A stretch of 64,000 bases of DNA, taken from assembly GCA_965220745.1 (NCBI GenBank), contig CBDCQT010000011.1, positions 96,001-160,000 of the forward strand. The letters run 5' to 3'. Positions 19,160 through 30,507 of the stretch are shown in pieces. Position 1 is the stretch's first letter. Each line of letters starts with the position of its first letter. Below the pieces are notes generated by a model. It made no database searches. It saw nothing but the letters and a program-made list of their open reading frames with translations, and was not told where the DNA came from. The position numbers were made by a program, and so were the translations under genes. Source of the DNA: Alphaproteobacteria bacterium. GTDB taxonomy: Bacteria; Pseudomonadota; Alphaproteobacteria; UBA828.

Positions 19160-19870
19160 TCATTTGATCTGATGAGCGATCTGCAACACCGCCTCGCCGC
19201 GCTGGCGGCTGTAGTCCTTGAGCGCCTTGCGCCCGCCGGCAGCGTAGACCGCGACCGCGCCCAGGAGTTCCTTGAGCTGGCGCGCGCTCGACGCATCGAA
19301 GCGCAGATAGGCGCCGTTGGTGAGCCGCGCGATCTGGCGAAAGGCCAATGATGCCGACGGGTCCGGCCCCTCGTGGAACATGAAGGCGGGAACCCCGCGC
19401 AAGCCCAGCTCGCCAGCGATGGCGCAGAGCTCGTCCACGTTCTCTTCCATGGCGTCGCCGACGAAGACCAGCGCATGGACCTTCTGGACCTGAGTCTCGT
19501 CCAGGGCGTGGCGCAGCACCTTGCGTATCTGGGTATGGCCGCCCAGGCAGCGGACGGCGGTCATGACGCGCACCAGCGCCCGCGAATCCCGCACCCACTT
19601 GCTCGCCTTGCACTCGCCGAAGCCGCGATAGTAGACGAGCTGCACCGAGAGCCCACCGAGCGAGGCCGTGGCGTCGAACATCTCCCCCTGGATCTGGCAG
19701 GCGCGATCCCAGGTCGGCTCCCGGCTCGCGGTCGCGTCCATCGCAAACATCAGGCGCCCGGTTTCTCCCTGCTTGACCGGCGCGGGGGTCGCCGCGACCC
19801 GGCGCAGGAAGGCATCGACGTCAGCGCCGTCGTTTCGGCCCTTCGTCGGCAGCTTTCGGTCACGGGTCAT
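19160..19870 (-). CDS. VWA-domain protein
   Basis: MIDAS-like FAMDATASR, GGHTQI, VFVGDAMEE, F..IARLT.GA. Confidence 0.82.
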   Translation of the reverse strand: MTRDRKLPTKGRNDGADVDAFLRRVAATPAPVKQGETGRLMFAMDATASREPTWDRACQIQGEMFDATASLGGLSVQLVYYRGFGECKASKWVRDSRALVRVMTAVRCLGGHTQIRKVLRHALDETQVQKVHALVFVGDAMEENVDELCAIAGELGLRGVPAFMFHEGPDPSASLAFRQIARLTNGAYLRFDASSARQLKELLGAVAVYAAGGRKALKDYSRQRGEAVLQIAHQIK

Positions 19871-19885
19871 CGCAGGCTCCCCCTC

Positions 19886-20833
19886 CTATATGGGGGCGAC
19901 CGGCAGCCGCGCCAGGCGCTCGGTCAGCATAGCGAAGAAGCCGTCGGCGTCGACCCGCTGCAGCACGTGGGCGTTGGCGGCAGCGCCGGTGCGGCCGTGC
20001 AGATCGCACACGGTCCGCCCGAAGCAGTGGCCGTCGCCCAACTCCACATCGACCCGCATGTCGCGGCCCTCGAAGAGATTTGGCGCCAGAAGATAGGCGA
20101 TCACGCAGGGATCGTGCATGGGGGCACCATGATGATACGCCTCGATGTTCTTCGCTCCATAGAGGTCGAGCATGCCGCAGACCGCAGCCGCCGGCGCCGT
20201 GCCCAGCGCGCGGACTGCCTCCAGCCTGGGCGGCGTCGCGATTGCCTGATGGGTGACGTCGAGCCCGATCATGGTGAGCGGCACGCCGGCCTCGAACACG
20301 ACGTGCGCCGCGTGGGGGTCGGCGTGGATATTGAACTCGGCCGCCGGCGTGACGTTGCCGAGCCCAATCGCGCCCCCCATGGTCACGATTTCGCGCACCT
20401 TCGCCCGCATCGCGGGGTTCTTGACGATGGCGAGCGCGACATTGGTGAGGGGCCCAAGCGTCGCCAGCGTGATGGGCTCCTGCGCCGCCGTCAGCGTCTC
20501 GACCAGGAAATCCACCGCATGAGCCGCCTCGGCGGGGCGGCTCGGCTCCGGCAGGTCTGCGCCGTCGATCCCCGTCGGCCCATGGATGTACTCGGCGGTC
20601 TCGGGTTCGCGCACCATGGGCCTTGAGCACCCGGCATAGACCGGCACCTCGGGTCGGCCGGCGAGGTCCCTGATTCGGCGCGCGTTGCTCTCGGTCCGGG
20701 CGAGCGGCACGTTGCCCGCGACGGCGGTGATGCCGAGCAGGTCGAACTCCTCGGGGGACGCGAAGGCGAGCAGCAGGGCGACGGCGTCGTCCTGGCCCGG
20801 ATCGCAGTCGATGATCAGCGGTCGCGCGCTCAT
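19886..20833 (-). CDS. Inosine/uridine-preferring nucleoside hydrolase
   Basis: IIDCDPGQDDA, GPLTN, MGGA..GNVTP.AEFN, HDP motifs. Confidence 0.93.
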   Translation of the reverse strand: MSARPLIIDCDPGQDDAVALLLAFASPEEFDLLGITAVAGNVPLARTESNARRIRDLAGRPEVPVYAGCSRPMVREPETAEYIHGPTGIDGADLPEPSRPAEAAHAVDFLVETLTAAQEPITLATLGPLTNVALAIVKNPAMRAKVREIVTMGGAIGLGNVTPAAEFNIHADPHAAHVVFEAGVPLTMIGLDVTHQAIATPPRLEAVRALGTAPAAAVCGMLDLYGAKNIEAYHHGAPMHDPCVIAYLLAPNLFEGRDMRVDVELGDGHCFGRTVCDLHGRTGAAANAHVLQRVDADGFFAMLTERLARLPVAPI

Positions 20834-20963
20834 GGCAGCCCGGAATCATACCTAGCGTCGCGAGCGGCGGATAGTGCCTGCGAAGGAGAGTGTGCGCTGG
20901 TCTCCGCGTGGCCGCGCAAAATCCATCCACGCAGCGGCGATCGGGATGGCGGTTCCGACGTGG

Positions 20964-22265
20964 CTAATCCCGGGGATCGCGCTGGTAGCGAGCAGCAGCG
21001 CCGGCGTCGTCGGCGCTGGAGGGTCCGTCGCCGCCTTCACTCCCGCGATCCGGCGCAGTACCGCCGGCGCGCTGCGGATCGGCTGTATCGCGTGGACCCA
21101 AATCGAACCGATGCCCCTGGGAGTGGCGACTACCGGTGTCGGCGCCACTCCACCAAGTATCGGCCGCCTCGCGCACAGCGCCCCAATCCAGCTCGAAGCC
21201 CAGTCCCGGACCGTCGAGAACAGGAAGCCTGCCGTCCTGTAACGTGAGGTCGGGGCGGCTGACGATGTCCCAGGCCAGAAAATTGTTCATGTACTGGTTG
21301 CCGTCGTCCAGGTTGGGAGTCATCGCCGCCGCGTGGATCGCCGCCACGGTGGTTATCCCCGTCTCGTGCAGTCCGTGGATACAAACGTCGACGTTGGCCG
21401 CCTCGGCGACGTGGGCCACCTTGCAGAAGCGCAGCAAGCCCCCGGTCTCGTGCAGGCCGACGACGATCAAATCGGCAGCGCGCAGGCGGCAGACGTCGAA
21501 GGCGTCGCCCAGCGCGATGACACCCTGGTCCGCCGCGATCGAGATCGGGCTCGCAGCCCGGACCCGTGCCAGGGCCTCGACGCTCTCCGCATCGATAGGC
21601 TGCTCCACGATTTCGATGTCAAACCGGGACAGCCTTCGCATCATGCGAGAGGCCCGGACGGGGTGCCAACGCCCGCTCGGGTCGAGGCGTAGGCGTTTGT
21701 CGGGTCCGATGGCGGCCCGGACCCGAGCGACGACCTCAGTGTCCAGATCGTCGCCCCGTCCGGCCTCGACGAAGATCACTTCGTGGCCCGAGGCCGCGAG
21801 TCGCGCCGCCTCGCCGGCAATTTCCTCGGCGGTTTCCCCTTGCGGGAAACCGAAGTAGCGCACCTCGTCGCGAACCGCGCCGCCCAGCAGAGCGTAAACG
21901 GGGCGGTTCACAGCCTTGCCCATGGCGTCCCACAGCGCCATCTCCAGCCCCGCGAGCGCCTTGCCCGCGAACTTGGAGGCCCTGCAAGACTCCTCACGCC
22001 CGAACAGAGCGTTGTAGGCCTCGTCAATCAGGCGGGCGTTCTCGAAAGGACTACGACCGACGCAAAAGTCCGCCGCGAGCGAGATATGGGCGCGGATCGC
22101 CTCGACCGATGGCGTAGCAATCGACTCGCCATAGCCGATCACGCCCTCGTCGGTGTGGACCTCGACCAGGATTACCTCCGCGCCGTGGGTGACGCCCTGG
22201 GACCAGTGAAAGGGTTGCTCGTAGGGGATCCAGAGCGGTGTCGTGACAACCTCGCTAATCTTCAT
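20964..22265 (-). CDS. Mandelate racemase/muconate lactonizing enzyme family protein, possibly catalytically degenerate
   Basis: TDEGVIGYGE, EMALWD..GK, LLGG, RLD, EQP, ADQ, GPGLG; GGAGAG RBS before ATG 22265. Confidence 0.8.
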   Translation of the reverse strand: MKISEVVTTPLWIPYEQPFHWSQGVTHGAEVILVEVHTDEGVIGYGESIATPSVEAIRAHISLAADFCVGRSPFENARLIDEAYNALFGREESCRASKFAGKALAGLEMALWDAMGKAVNRPVYALLGGAVRDEVRYFGFPQGETAEEIAGEAARLAASGHEVIFVEAGRGDDLDTEVVARVRAAIGPDKRLRLDPSGRWHPVRASRMMRRLSRFDIEIVEQPIDAESVEALARVRAASPISIAADQGVIALGDAFDVCRLRAADLIVVGLHETGGLLRFCKVAHVAEAANVDVCIHGLHETGITTVAAIHAAAMTPNLDDGNQYMNNFLAWDIVSRPDLTLQDGRLPVLDGPGLGFELDWGAVREAADTWWSGADTGSRHSQGHRFDLGPRDTADPQRAGGTAPDRGSEGGDGPSSADDAGAAARYQRDPRD

Positions 22266-22880
22266 GCCCTCTCCTCCGGCGCTCGGCGCCTTCGGTCGCC
22301 CCAAATCGATTTAGCGGGCTACGCACCGCGTTCGATCCTCGCAAATGGGGGAGTGGACGCACACCGTCCAAATGGTGGGCTTGAGAAGTCACGGGTGAGG
22401 TCCCTGATGGCCAGGACTCCCCGTGTTGCTTCAGTTTGATTGTTCCGAACCTGGTGTGGTCGAGCATCGCATCGTCCAACCACGCCTGGATGCGATCGAA
22501 CGGGTCTCTTTCGCTCGTGATGAGCTTGCGACCCTCGTTGTCCCGGTTGCTCCTCGGGCGAAGATCCTCGCTCCATGGATTCCGGCAAGGACCGTACCTT
22601 TGAGGGACTCAAGCGTCAGTTCTGGCCATCCTCACCAGACCTCCGTGGCAACGGGGGCCGCTAGGCGAGCAGCATTTGCCGAAGAGACGAGCCCCATCGG
22701 GTGGTCTATTTCGAATACTAGTTAACCGGCCCTAATAATGCCATATCTGAGATGACTATATGATCGATATAGAAATCGATATGTCTGTAGCGGCAGTTAA
22801 AGCGCCTTCTGGCGGGCGCGTGAGCGGCCTTATTGGCGGTGGCGTCGGCCGGGCGCCGGCACGATGTGCTATCGTGGGCC

Positions 22881-24074
22881 ATGACCCGCTCCGGCGCCCG
22901 CGACGTGGCGCTCCTCGCCATCTGCCAGGCGCTCTTCCTCACCTCGATGTCCGCGGTGGTTGCTGCGGCCGCCCTGATCGGGCACCAGCTCGCCGATACC
23001 AAGGTGCTGGCGACGCTCCCCATCGGCATCCAGTTCGTGATGACGATGGTGGCGACGGTGCCCGCATCGCTCCTCATGAAGCGCATCGGGCGGCGCGACG
23101 GCTTCACCGTGGGCGCCTCCATCGGGCTTGCCGGCGCGCTCCTGGGCCTCTGGGCGATCATGGAGGCGAGCTTCACGCTCTTCTGTGTCGGCCTCGCGCT
23201 GATCGGCGCAGCCAACGGCTTCGCCCAGTACTACCGCTTCGCCGCCGCGGACGCAGCGAGCGAGGCCTTCAGGAGCCGAGCGATCTCGCTGGTGCTGGCG
23301 GGCGGCGTGATCGCCTCCATAGGCCCCCTGCTCGCCGACTGGTCCAAGGACCTCTTCGCGCCGATCGCGTTCGCGGGCGTGTTCGCCACCATGGCCGCGC
23401 TTTACGTGGCCACGCTCGTGGTCCTTCGTTTCATCACCATTCCGCCGCCGGACGAGGAGGAGCGCAGCACTTCGGGCCGACCTCTGCTCACGATCATGCG
23501 CCAGCCGGCATTCATCATCGCCGTGCTCGGCTCCCTGGTCGGCTACGCGATGATGTCGCTGCTGATGACCGCAACCCCGCTCGCCATGAAGTACTGCGGC
23601 TTCGGCTTCTCCGACTCGGCGCAGACGATCCAGTGGCACGTGCTCGGCATGTTCGCGCCCGCCTTCGTCACCGGCCATCTGATCAAGCGCTTCGGCACGA
23701 AGACGATCATGGCCTGCGGCGCGCTGCTGATCGGGCTCTGCGCCGCGTCCAACCTCCATGGCGTCACGCTGCTCAACTTCCATGTCGCCCTGGTCCTGCT
23801 GGGCGTCGGCTGGAATTTCCTCTTCACCGGCGGCACGACGCTCATAACCGAGATTCACAGCCCGGCGGAGAAGGCGAAGACGCAAGCGGCCCACGACTTC
23901 ACCGTCTTCACCGGCGTTGCGGCGGCGGCGCTGCTCTCCGGTGCGCTGCACGAGGCCGTGGGCTGGCAGACGATGAACTACGCCGTGCTGCCGTTCCTCG
24001 CCGCGGTGCTGATCGGGCTCGTCTGGCTCGGGCTCAGCGGGCGAAGGGCCACCGCTTCGTCGGCAGCCGAATAG
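22881..24074 (+). CDS. MFS transporter
   Basis: About 12 hydrophobic segments; RIGRR.GF, YRFAAAD, WH.LGMFAP..TG.LI.RFG, GWNF motifs. Confidence 0.9.
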   Translation: MTRSGARDVALLAICQALFLTSMSAVVAAAALIGHQLADTKVLATLPIGIQFVMTMVATVPASLLMKRIGRRDGFTVGASIGLAGALLGLWAIMEASFTLFCVGLALIGAANGFAQYYRFAAADAASEAFRSRAISLVLAGGVIASIGPLLADWSKDLFAPIAFAGVFATMAALYVATLVVLRFITIPPPDEEERSTSGRPLLTIMRQPAFIIAVLGSLVGYAMMSLLMTATPLAMKYCGFGFSDSAQTIQWHVLGMFAPAFVTGHLIKRFGTKTIMACGALLIGLCAASNLHGVTLLNFHVALVLLGVGWNFLFTGGTTLITEIHSPAEKAKTQAAHDFTVFTGVAAAALLSGALHEAVGWQTMNYAVLPFLAAVLIGLVWLGLSGRRATASSAAE

Positions 24075-24122
24075 CGGCGGAAACCGGCGACTGGTTGAAA
24101 AATATTGTTTCTGTTCAAATAG

Positions 24123-24401
24123 TTACACGGAATTGGCTTCGTTTTGTAAATTCTCGTTCCCACCGCCGATCCGGGGCAGGAAGCAGACCTCGCTCTCGGG
24201 CGCGACCGCTGCGAACAGGTCGTCCTGGTGGATGTGACCGTCCACCGCAACGGCCATGCCCTCCTCCAGCTCGCGCCCGATGCCCGCATAGCGGGCCTCG
24301 AGCGCGCGGATCACGCCGCGAATATCGGTCGCCTCGACCTCCAGCTCGGTCACCCCGCCCGTGTAGCGGGCGAGGCTTGAGGGCAAAACGACCCGCGCCA
24401 A
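24123..24401 (-). CDS. MoaD/ThiS-family sulfur-carrier protein with an 11-aa tail after GGG
   Basis: Beta-grasp pattern V.LP..L..YTGG...AVAVDG...EV.FLP.IGGG; 4 bp after the Mo subunit; TTG start. Confidence 0.8.
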   Translation of the reverse strand: MARVVLPSSLARYTGGVTELEVEATDIRGVIRALEARYAGIGRELEEGMAVAVDGHIHQDDLFAAVAPESEVCFLPRIGGGNENLQNEANSV

Positions 24402-24405
24402 CGGG

Positions 24406-26709
24406 TCAGGCGCCGCCGTTGGCCCCGCCGTTGTCGAGCGCCTCCAGCAGGCGCGGCGGCGACATCGGCAGGTCGGTCATGCGCACGCCGGTCGCGTTCT
24501 CGATCGCGTTGGCCACCGCCGCCATCGGCGGCACGATCGGGGTCTCGCCGACGCCGCGCACCCCATAGGGGTGGTTCGGGTTCGGCACCTCGACGATGAC
24601 CGCGTCGATCATCGGCAGGTCCGAGGCCACCGGCATGCGGTAATCGAGGAAGCCCGGATTTTCGAGCCGGCCGTCCTTGTCGTAGATGTACTCCTCGTTG
24701 AGCGCCCAGCCGATGCCCTGGGCGGCGCCGCCCTGAATCTGGCCCTCGACGTAGCTCGGATGGACCGCCTTGCCTGCGTCCTGCACCGCGGTATAGCGCA
24801 GTACGGTGACGCGTCCGGTCTCACGGTCGACCTCCACGTCGCACACGTGGGTGCCGAAGCCGGGGCCGGCGCCTTGCGCGTTGATGGAGGCGGTCGCCGC
24901 GATCGGGCCGCCGGTCTTGCCGGCCTGGGCCGCGATCTCAGCCATGCTCATAGGCTCGAAATCACCGGCATTGCTGCCCGAGGGCTTGGCGTAGCCGTCC
25001 TCCCACTCGACCGCCTCGACCGGGATGTCCCAGATTTTAGCGGCACGCTCGCGCAACTGCTCGACGACCTTGCCCGCCGCATCGATTGCCGCCATGCCGG
25101 TGGCGAAGGTGACGCGGCTGCCACCGGTGAGGAAGGTATAGCCGATGGTGTCGGTATCGGCGACCAGTGGGCGCACCCTTTCCGGCGGAATGCCGAGCGC
25201 TTCGGCCGCCTGAAGCTGAATGGAGGCGCGCGAGCCGCCGATGTCGGGGTTGCCCTCGATCACCGTCGCCGTGCCGTCCTCATTGACGTTGATGGTGGCG
25301 CAGGATTCGCCGCCGATGTTGAACCAGAAGCCGGTGGCGATGCCGCGACCCTGGTTGGGGCCGAGCGGGATGCTGTAGTGCTCGCTGCTGCGCGCGGCCT
25401 CCAGGGTCTCGATGCAGCCGACAGGGCCGAACTTGGGCCCGTAGAGCGCGCGAGTGCCTTCCCTGGCCGCGTTCATGAGGCGGAACTCCGCCGGGTCGAT
25501 GTCGAGCTTCTTCGCGATCTCGTCGACCACTCCCTCGGCGGCGAACTCGGAGATCGGCGCCCCCGGCGCGCGGTAGGCGGCCACCTTCGGCCGGTTCACC
25601 ACCACGTCGTAGCCCTCGACCTCGGCGTTCTCGATATCGTAGGGCGCGAAGACGCACATGCAGCCAGGCTGGATCGGCGAGCCGGGGAAGGCGCCCGCCT
25701 GATAGGCGAGCCACGCCTTGGCGGCGGTGATCTTGCCGTCCTTAGTGGCGCCCATCTTGATCGTCATGGCGCCGCCCGAGGTCGGACCGCTGGCGCGGAA
25801 CACCTCCTCGCGCGACATCACGATCTTGACCGGCCGGCCGGCAAGCTGCGACAGCCTGAGTGCGACTGGCTCCAGATAGACCACGGTCTTGCCGCCGAAG
25901 CCGCCACCGATCTCCGACGGCGTCACACGAATGTTGCCGATGTCGATGCCGAGCAGGTTGGCGCAGTAGGCGCGGACGGTGAACTGCCCCTGGGTGCAGC
26001 ACCAGACCTCGCACTGGCCGTCCTCGCCGGCGCTGGCGACCACCGCGTGGGGCTCGATGTAGCCCTGATGCACCGGCTTGGTGGTGAAGGTGCGTTCCAC
26101 GACGATGTCAGCCTCGGCGAATCCCTTATCTAGATCGCCGCTCTGGAAGTGCACCTTCTTGAAGACGTTCGACGGCGTCTCCGGCGTGGGCTCGACGCCC
26201 TGAGTGAACATGTCGTCATGCAGCACGGGCGCGTCCGGCTTCATCGCGTCGCGCACGTCGATCACGTGCGGCAGCACCTCGTAGTCCACCTCGATCAGGT
26301 CCAGCGCCTGCTTGGCGATGGCCGCCGTGGTCGCCGCCACCGCCGCAACGGCGTGGCCGTCGTAGAGCGCCTTCTCCCGCGCCATCACGTTCTGCGACAT
26401 GTCGCGGTAGTTGACCTGCACCTCGCCCGCCGGCACCCACTGGGAGGGCACCTCGGGCATCTCGTCGCGGGTGACGACGGCCTTCACGCCCGGCAGCGCG
26501 CGGGCCTTGGACGCATCGATGGAGCGGATGCGCGCGTGCGCGTGGGGGCTGCGCAGCACCCGGCCCACCAGCATGCCCGGCAGCGAGAGGTCCGCGCCGA
26601 ACTTGGCCCGGCCGGTCACCTTGTCCACGCCATCGGGGCGCCACGGCCGCGTGCCGACGTACTTGAGCGAGCCGTTGCCGTTACCGATCTCCTGCTTGGC
26701 GGTTGCCAT
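24406..26709 (-). CDS. Xanthine dehydrogenase family molybdopterin-binding subunit
   Basis: KVTGRA, RSPHAHA, HQGYIEP, TQG, GGGFGGK, AYRAPG, GGSR, EGQ.QGG, RGVGE. Confidence 0.92.
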   Translation of the reverse strand: MATAKQEIGNGNGSLKYVGTRPWRPDGVDKVTGRAKFGADLSLPGMLVGRVLRSPHAHARIRSIDASKARALPGVKAVVTRDEMPEVPSQWVPAGEVQVNYRDMSQNVMAREKALYDGHAVAAVAATTAAIAKQALDLIEVDYEVLPHVIDVRDAMKPDAPVLHDDMFTQGVEPTPETPSNVFKKVHFQSGDLDKGFAEADIVVERTFTTKPVHQGYIEPHAVVASAGEDGQCEVWCCTQGQFTVRAYCANLLGIDIGNIRVTPSEIGGGFGGKTVVYLEPVALRLSQLAGRPVKIVMSREEVFRASGPTSGGAMTIKMGATKDGKITAAKAWLAYQAGAFPGSPIQPGCMCVFAPYDIENAEVEGYDVVVNRPKVAAYRAPGAPISEFAAEGVVDEIAKKLDIDPAEFRLMNAAREGTRALYGPKFGPVGCIETLEAARSSEHYSIPLGPNQGRGIATGFWFNIGGESCATINVNEDGTATVIEGNPDIGGSRASIQLQAAEALGIPPERVRPLVADTDTIGYTFLTGGSRVTFATGMAAIDAAGKVVEQLRERAAKIWDIPVEAVEWEDGYAKPSGSNAGDFEPMSMAEIAAQAGKTGGPIAATASINAQGAGPGFGTHVCDVEVDRETGRVTVLRYTAVQDAGKAVHPSYVEGQIQGGAAQGIGWALNEEYIYDKDGRLENPGFLDYRMPVASDLPMIDAVIVEVPNPNHPYGVRGVGETPIVPPMAAVANAIENATGVRMTDLPMSPPRLLEALDNGGANGGA

Positions 26710-26712
26710 GAG

Positions 26713-27189
26713 CTATTCTCCCCTCAGCTCCGCCGCCGTCGTCATCACGGCGCGGATGATCTTGTCGTAGCCGGTACAGCGGCAGAGATTGCCCGCCAGC
26801 CAGTAGCGGGCTTCCGTCTCGGTCGGGTCCGGGTTCTCCTCGAGCAGTGCCTTGGCAGCGACCAGGAAGCCCGGCGTGCAGATGCCGCATTGCAGCGCGG
26901 CGTCCTCCAGAAACTGGCGCTGCAGCGGATGCAGCGTGTCGCCATCGGCCATGCCCTCGATGGTGCCGATCTCGCGCCCCTCGGCCTCGGTGCCGAGCAT
27001 CAGGCACGCGCAGACCAGGGTGCCATCCACGGTCACGCTGCAGGCGCCGCAGTCGCCGGTGGCGCAGCCTTCCTTGGTGCCGGTGAGCTCCAACTCGTCG
27101 CGCAGCACGTCAAGCAGGGTCTGCTCGCCAGAGCAGAGGAACTCCGTCGGCTCGCCGTTGACGCTGGTGGTTACGTGATACTTGGCCAT
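26713..27189 (-). CDS. (2Fe-2S)-binding subunit, CoxS/XdhC type
   Basis: GTKEGCATGDCGAC, QCGICTPG, GNLCRCTGY. Confidence 0.93.
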   Translation of the reverse strand: MAKYHVTTSVNGEPTEFLCSGEQTLLDVLRDELELTGTKEGCATGDCGACSVTVDGTLVCACLMLGTEAEGREIGTIEGMADGDTLHPLQRQFLEDAALQCGICTPGFLVAAKALLEENPDPTETEARYWLAGNLCRCTGYDKIIRAVMTTAAELRGE

Positions 27190-28061
27190 CAACCGTTGCT
27201 CCTCGCTCGCTCCAGGGCGATGAGCGCGGCGCGTCTCGCCAGCACTCCCGCCACCTTGACCCGGTATTCGATGGTCCCGCGCTTGTCGTCGATGGGATTG
27301 CAGGCGGCGCTCGCGGCGGCCGCAAGGTTGGCAAGCGCGTCGTCGTCGACCTTCGTGCCGATCAGCGCCTTGGCGCCGTCTTCGACCAGCAGCGGCGTGG
27401 GCGCGACCGCACCGAGGCCGAGCCGCGCGTGGGTGCAGACGCCTGCCTCGTCGAGCGTGAGCGCGACGCCGGCGCCGACCACGGCGATGTCCATCTCGGT
27501 GCGCGGAATGAAGCGCAGGTAGGCATCGCCCGAACGCGGCGGCGGCTTCGGCATGACGAAGGAAACCACGATTTCGCCCGGACCGAGGCAGAGTTGGCCG
27601 GGCCCCGTGATCACGTCCTCCACCAGTACCGAGCGGGCGCCGTTCGGGCCCGCGACCTCGCAGACTGCACCGGCCGCGATCAGCGCCGGCACGCTATCGG
27701 CAGCGGGCGAGCCGTTGCAGAGGTTGCCGCCAAGCGAGGCGCGCCCTTGAATTTGGGTCGAGCCGATCAGCTCCAACGCCTCCACCACGCCCGGCCACGC
27801 GGCCTTCACGGTCTCGTTCTTGCCGAGAGTCGCGCCGGAGACCGCAGCGCCGACGCGGATGTCATCGCCGTTCACCGTCACGTCCATGAGCGCCGGGATA
27901 CGCTTCAAATCGACGATGAGGCCGGGCCGGACGAAATCGGTGCGCAGCTGAACCAGGAGGTCGGTGCCACCGGCGAGCGGCATGGCCTCGCCGTCGGCAT
28001 CGGCGAGGAGCCGGACGGCATCCTCGACCGTCTCGGGCGCCTCAAATCGTAGACTGCTCAT
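27189..28061 (-). CDS. FAD-binding subunit, CoxM type
   Basis: AGGTDL, GSTQI..RASLGGNLCN.SPAAD, PIDD.RGT.EYR. Confidence 0.92.
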   Translation of the reverse strand: MSSLRFEAPETVEDAVRLLADADGEAMPLAGGTDLLVQLRTDFVRPGLIVDLKRIPALMDVTVNGDDIRVGAAVSGATLGKNETVKAAWPGVVEALELIGSTQIQGRASLGGNLCNGSPAADSVPALIAAGAVCEVAGPNGARSVLVEDVITGPGQLCLGPGEIVVSFVMPKPPPRSGDAYLRFIPRTEMDIAVVGAGVALTLDEAGVCTHARLGLGAVAPTPLLVEDGAKALIGTKVDDDALANLAAAASAACNPIDDKRGTIEYRVKVAGVLARRAALIALERARSNG

Positions 28062-28255
28062 GTGCGGGGGGTTCCTCCTGTTGCCGCGGCACCTAGTGGG
28101 CGCCCTCTTTTACCCGAAAAGGCGCGGCGGTTCACAGGGGCAAAATGGCGGCCATGGCCGGCCTGCGCCTTGCGGCCGGCGGCCCCCGCCGTCTACCCTT
28201 GCCCGAAGGACGCATGACCAAGGACGGGCACCTGGGAGAGTGGGAGCCCAGCCGC

Positions 28256-30400
<2,145 letters not shown>

Positions 30401-30507
30401 CGCGCGGCGGCATTTGATCCGCCCCCGCTTCGTGCTTATGTGACACGCGCACCTAACGCGCTCTGAGCCCTGCCGGCGGCGGGGCCAACGATCAGACCCA
30501 CGGCCCC

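Noticed and set aside
24406-28061. Aerobic CO dehydrogenase (coxMSL order)
   Set aside because: The active-site loop is AYRAPG, not AYxCSFR, and no cox accessory genes are present.
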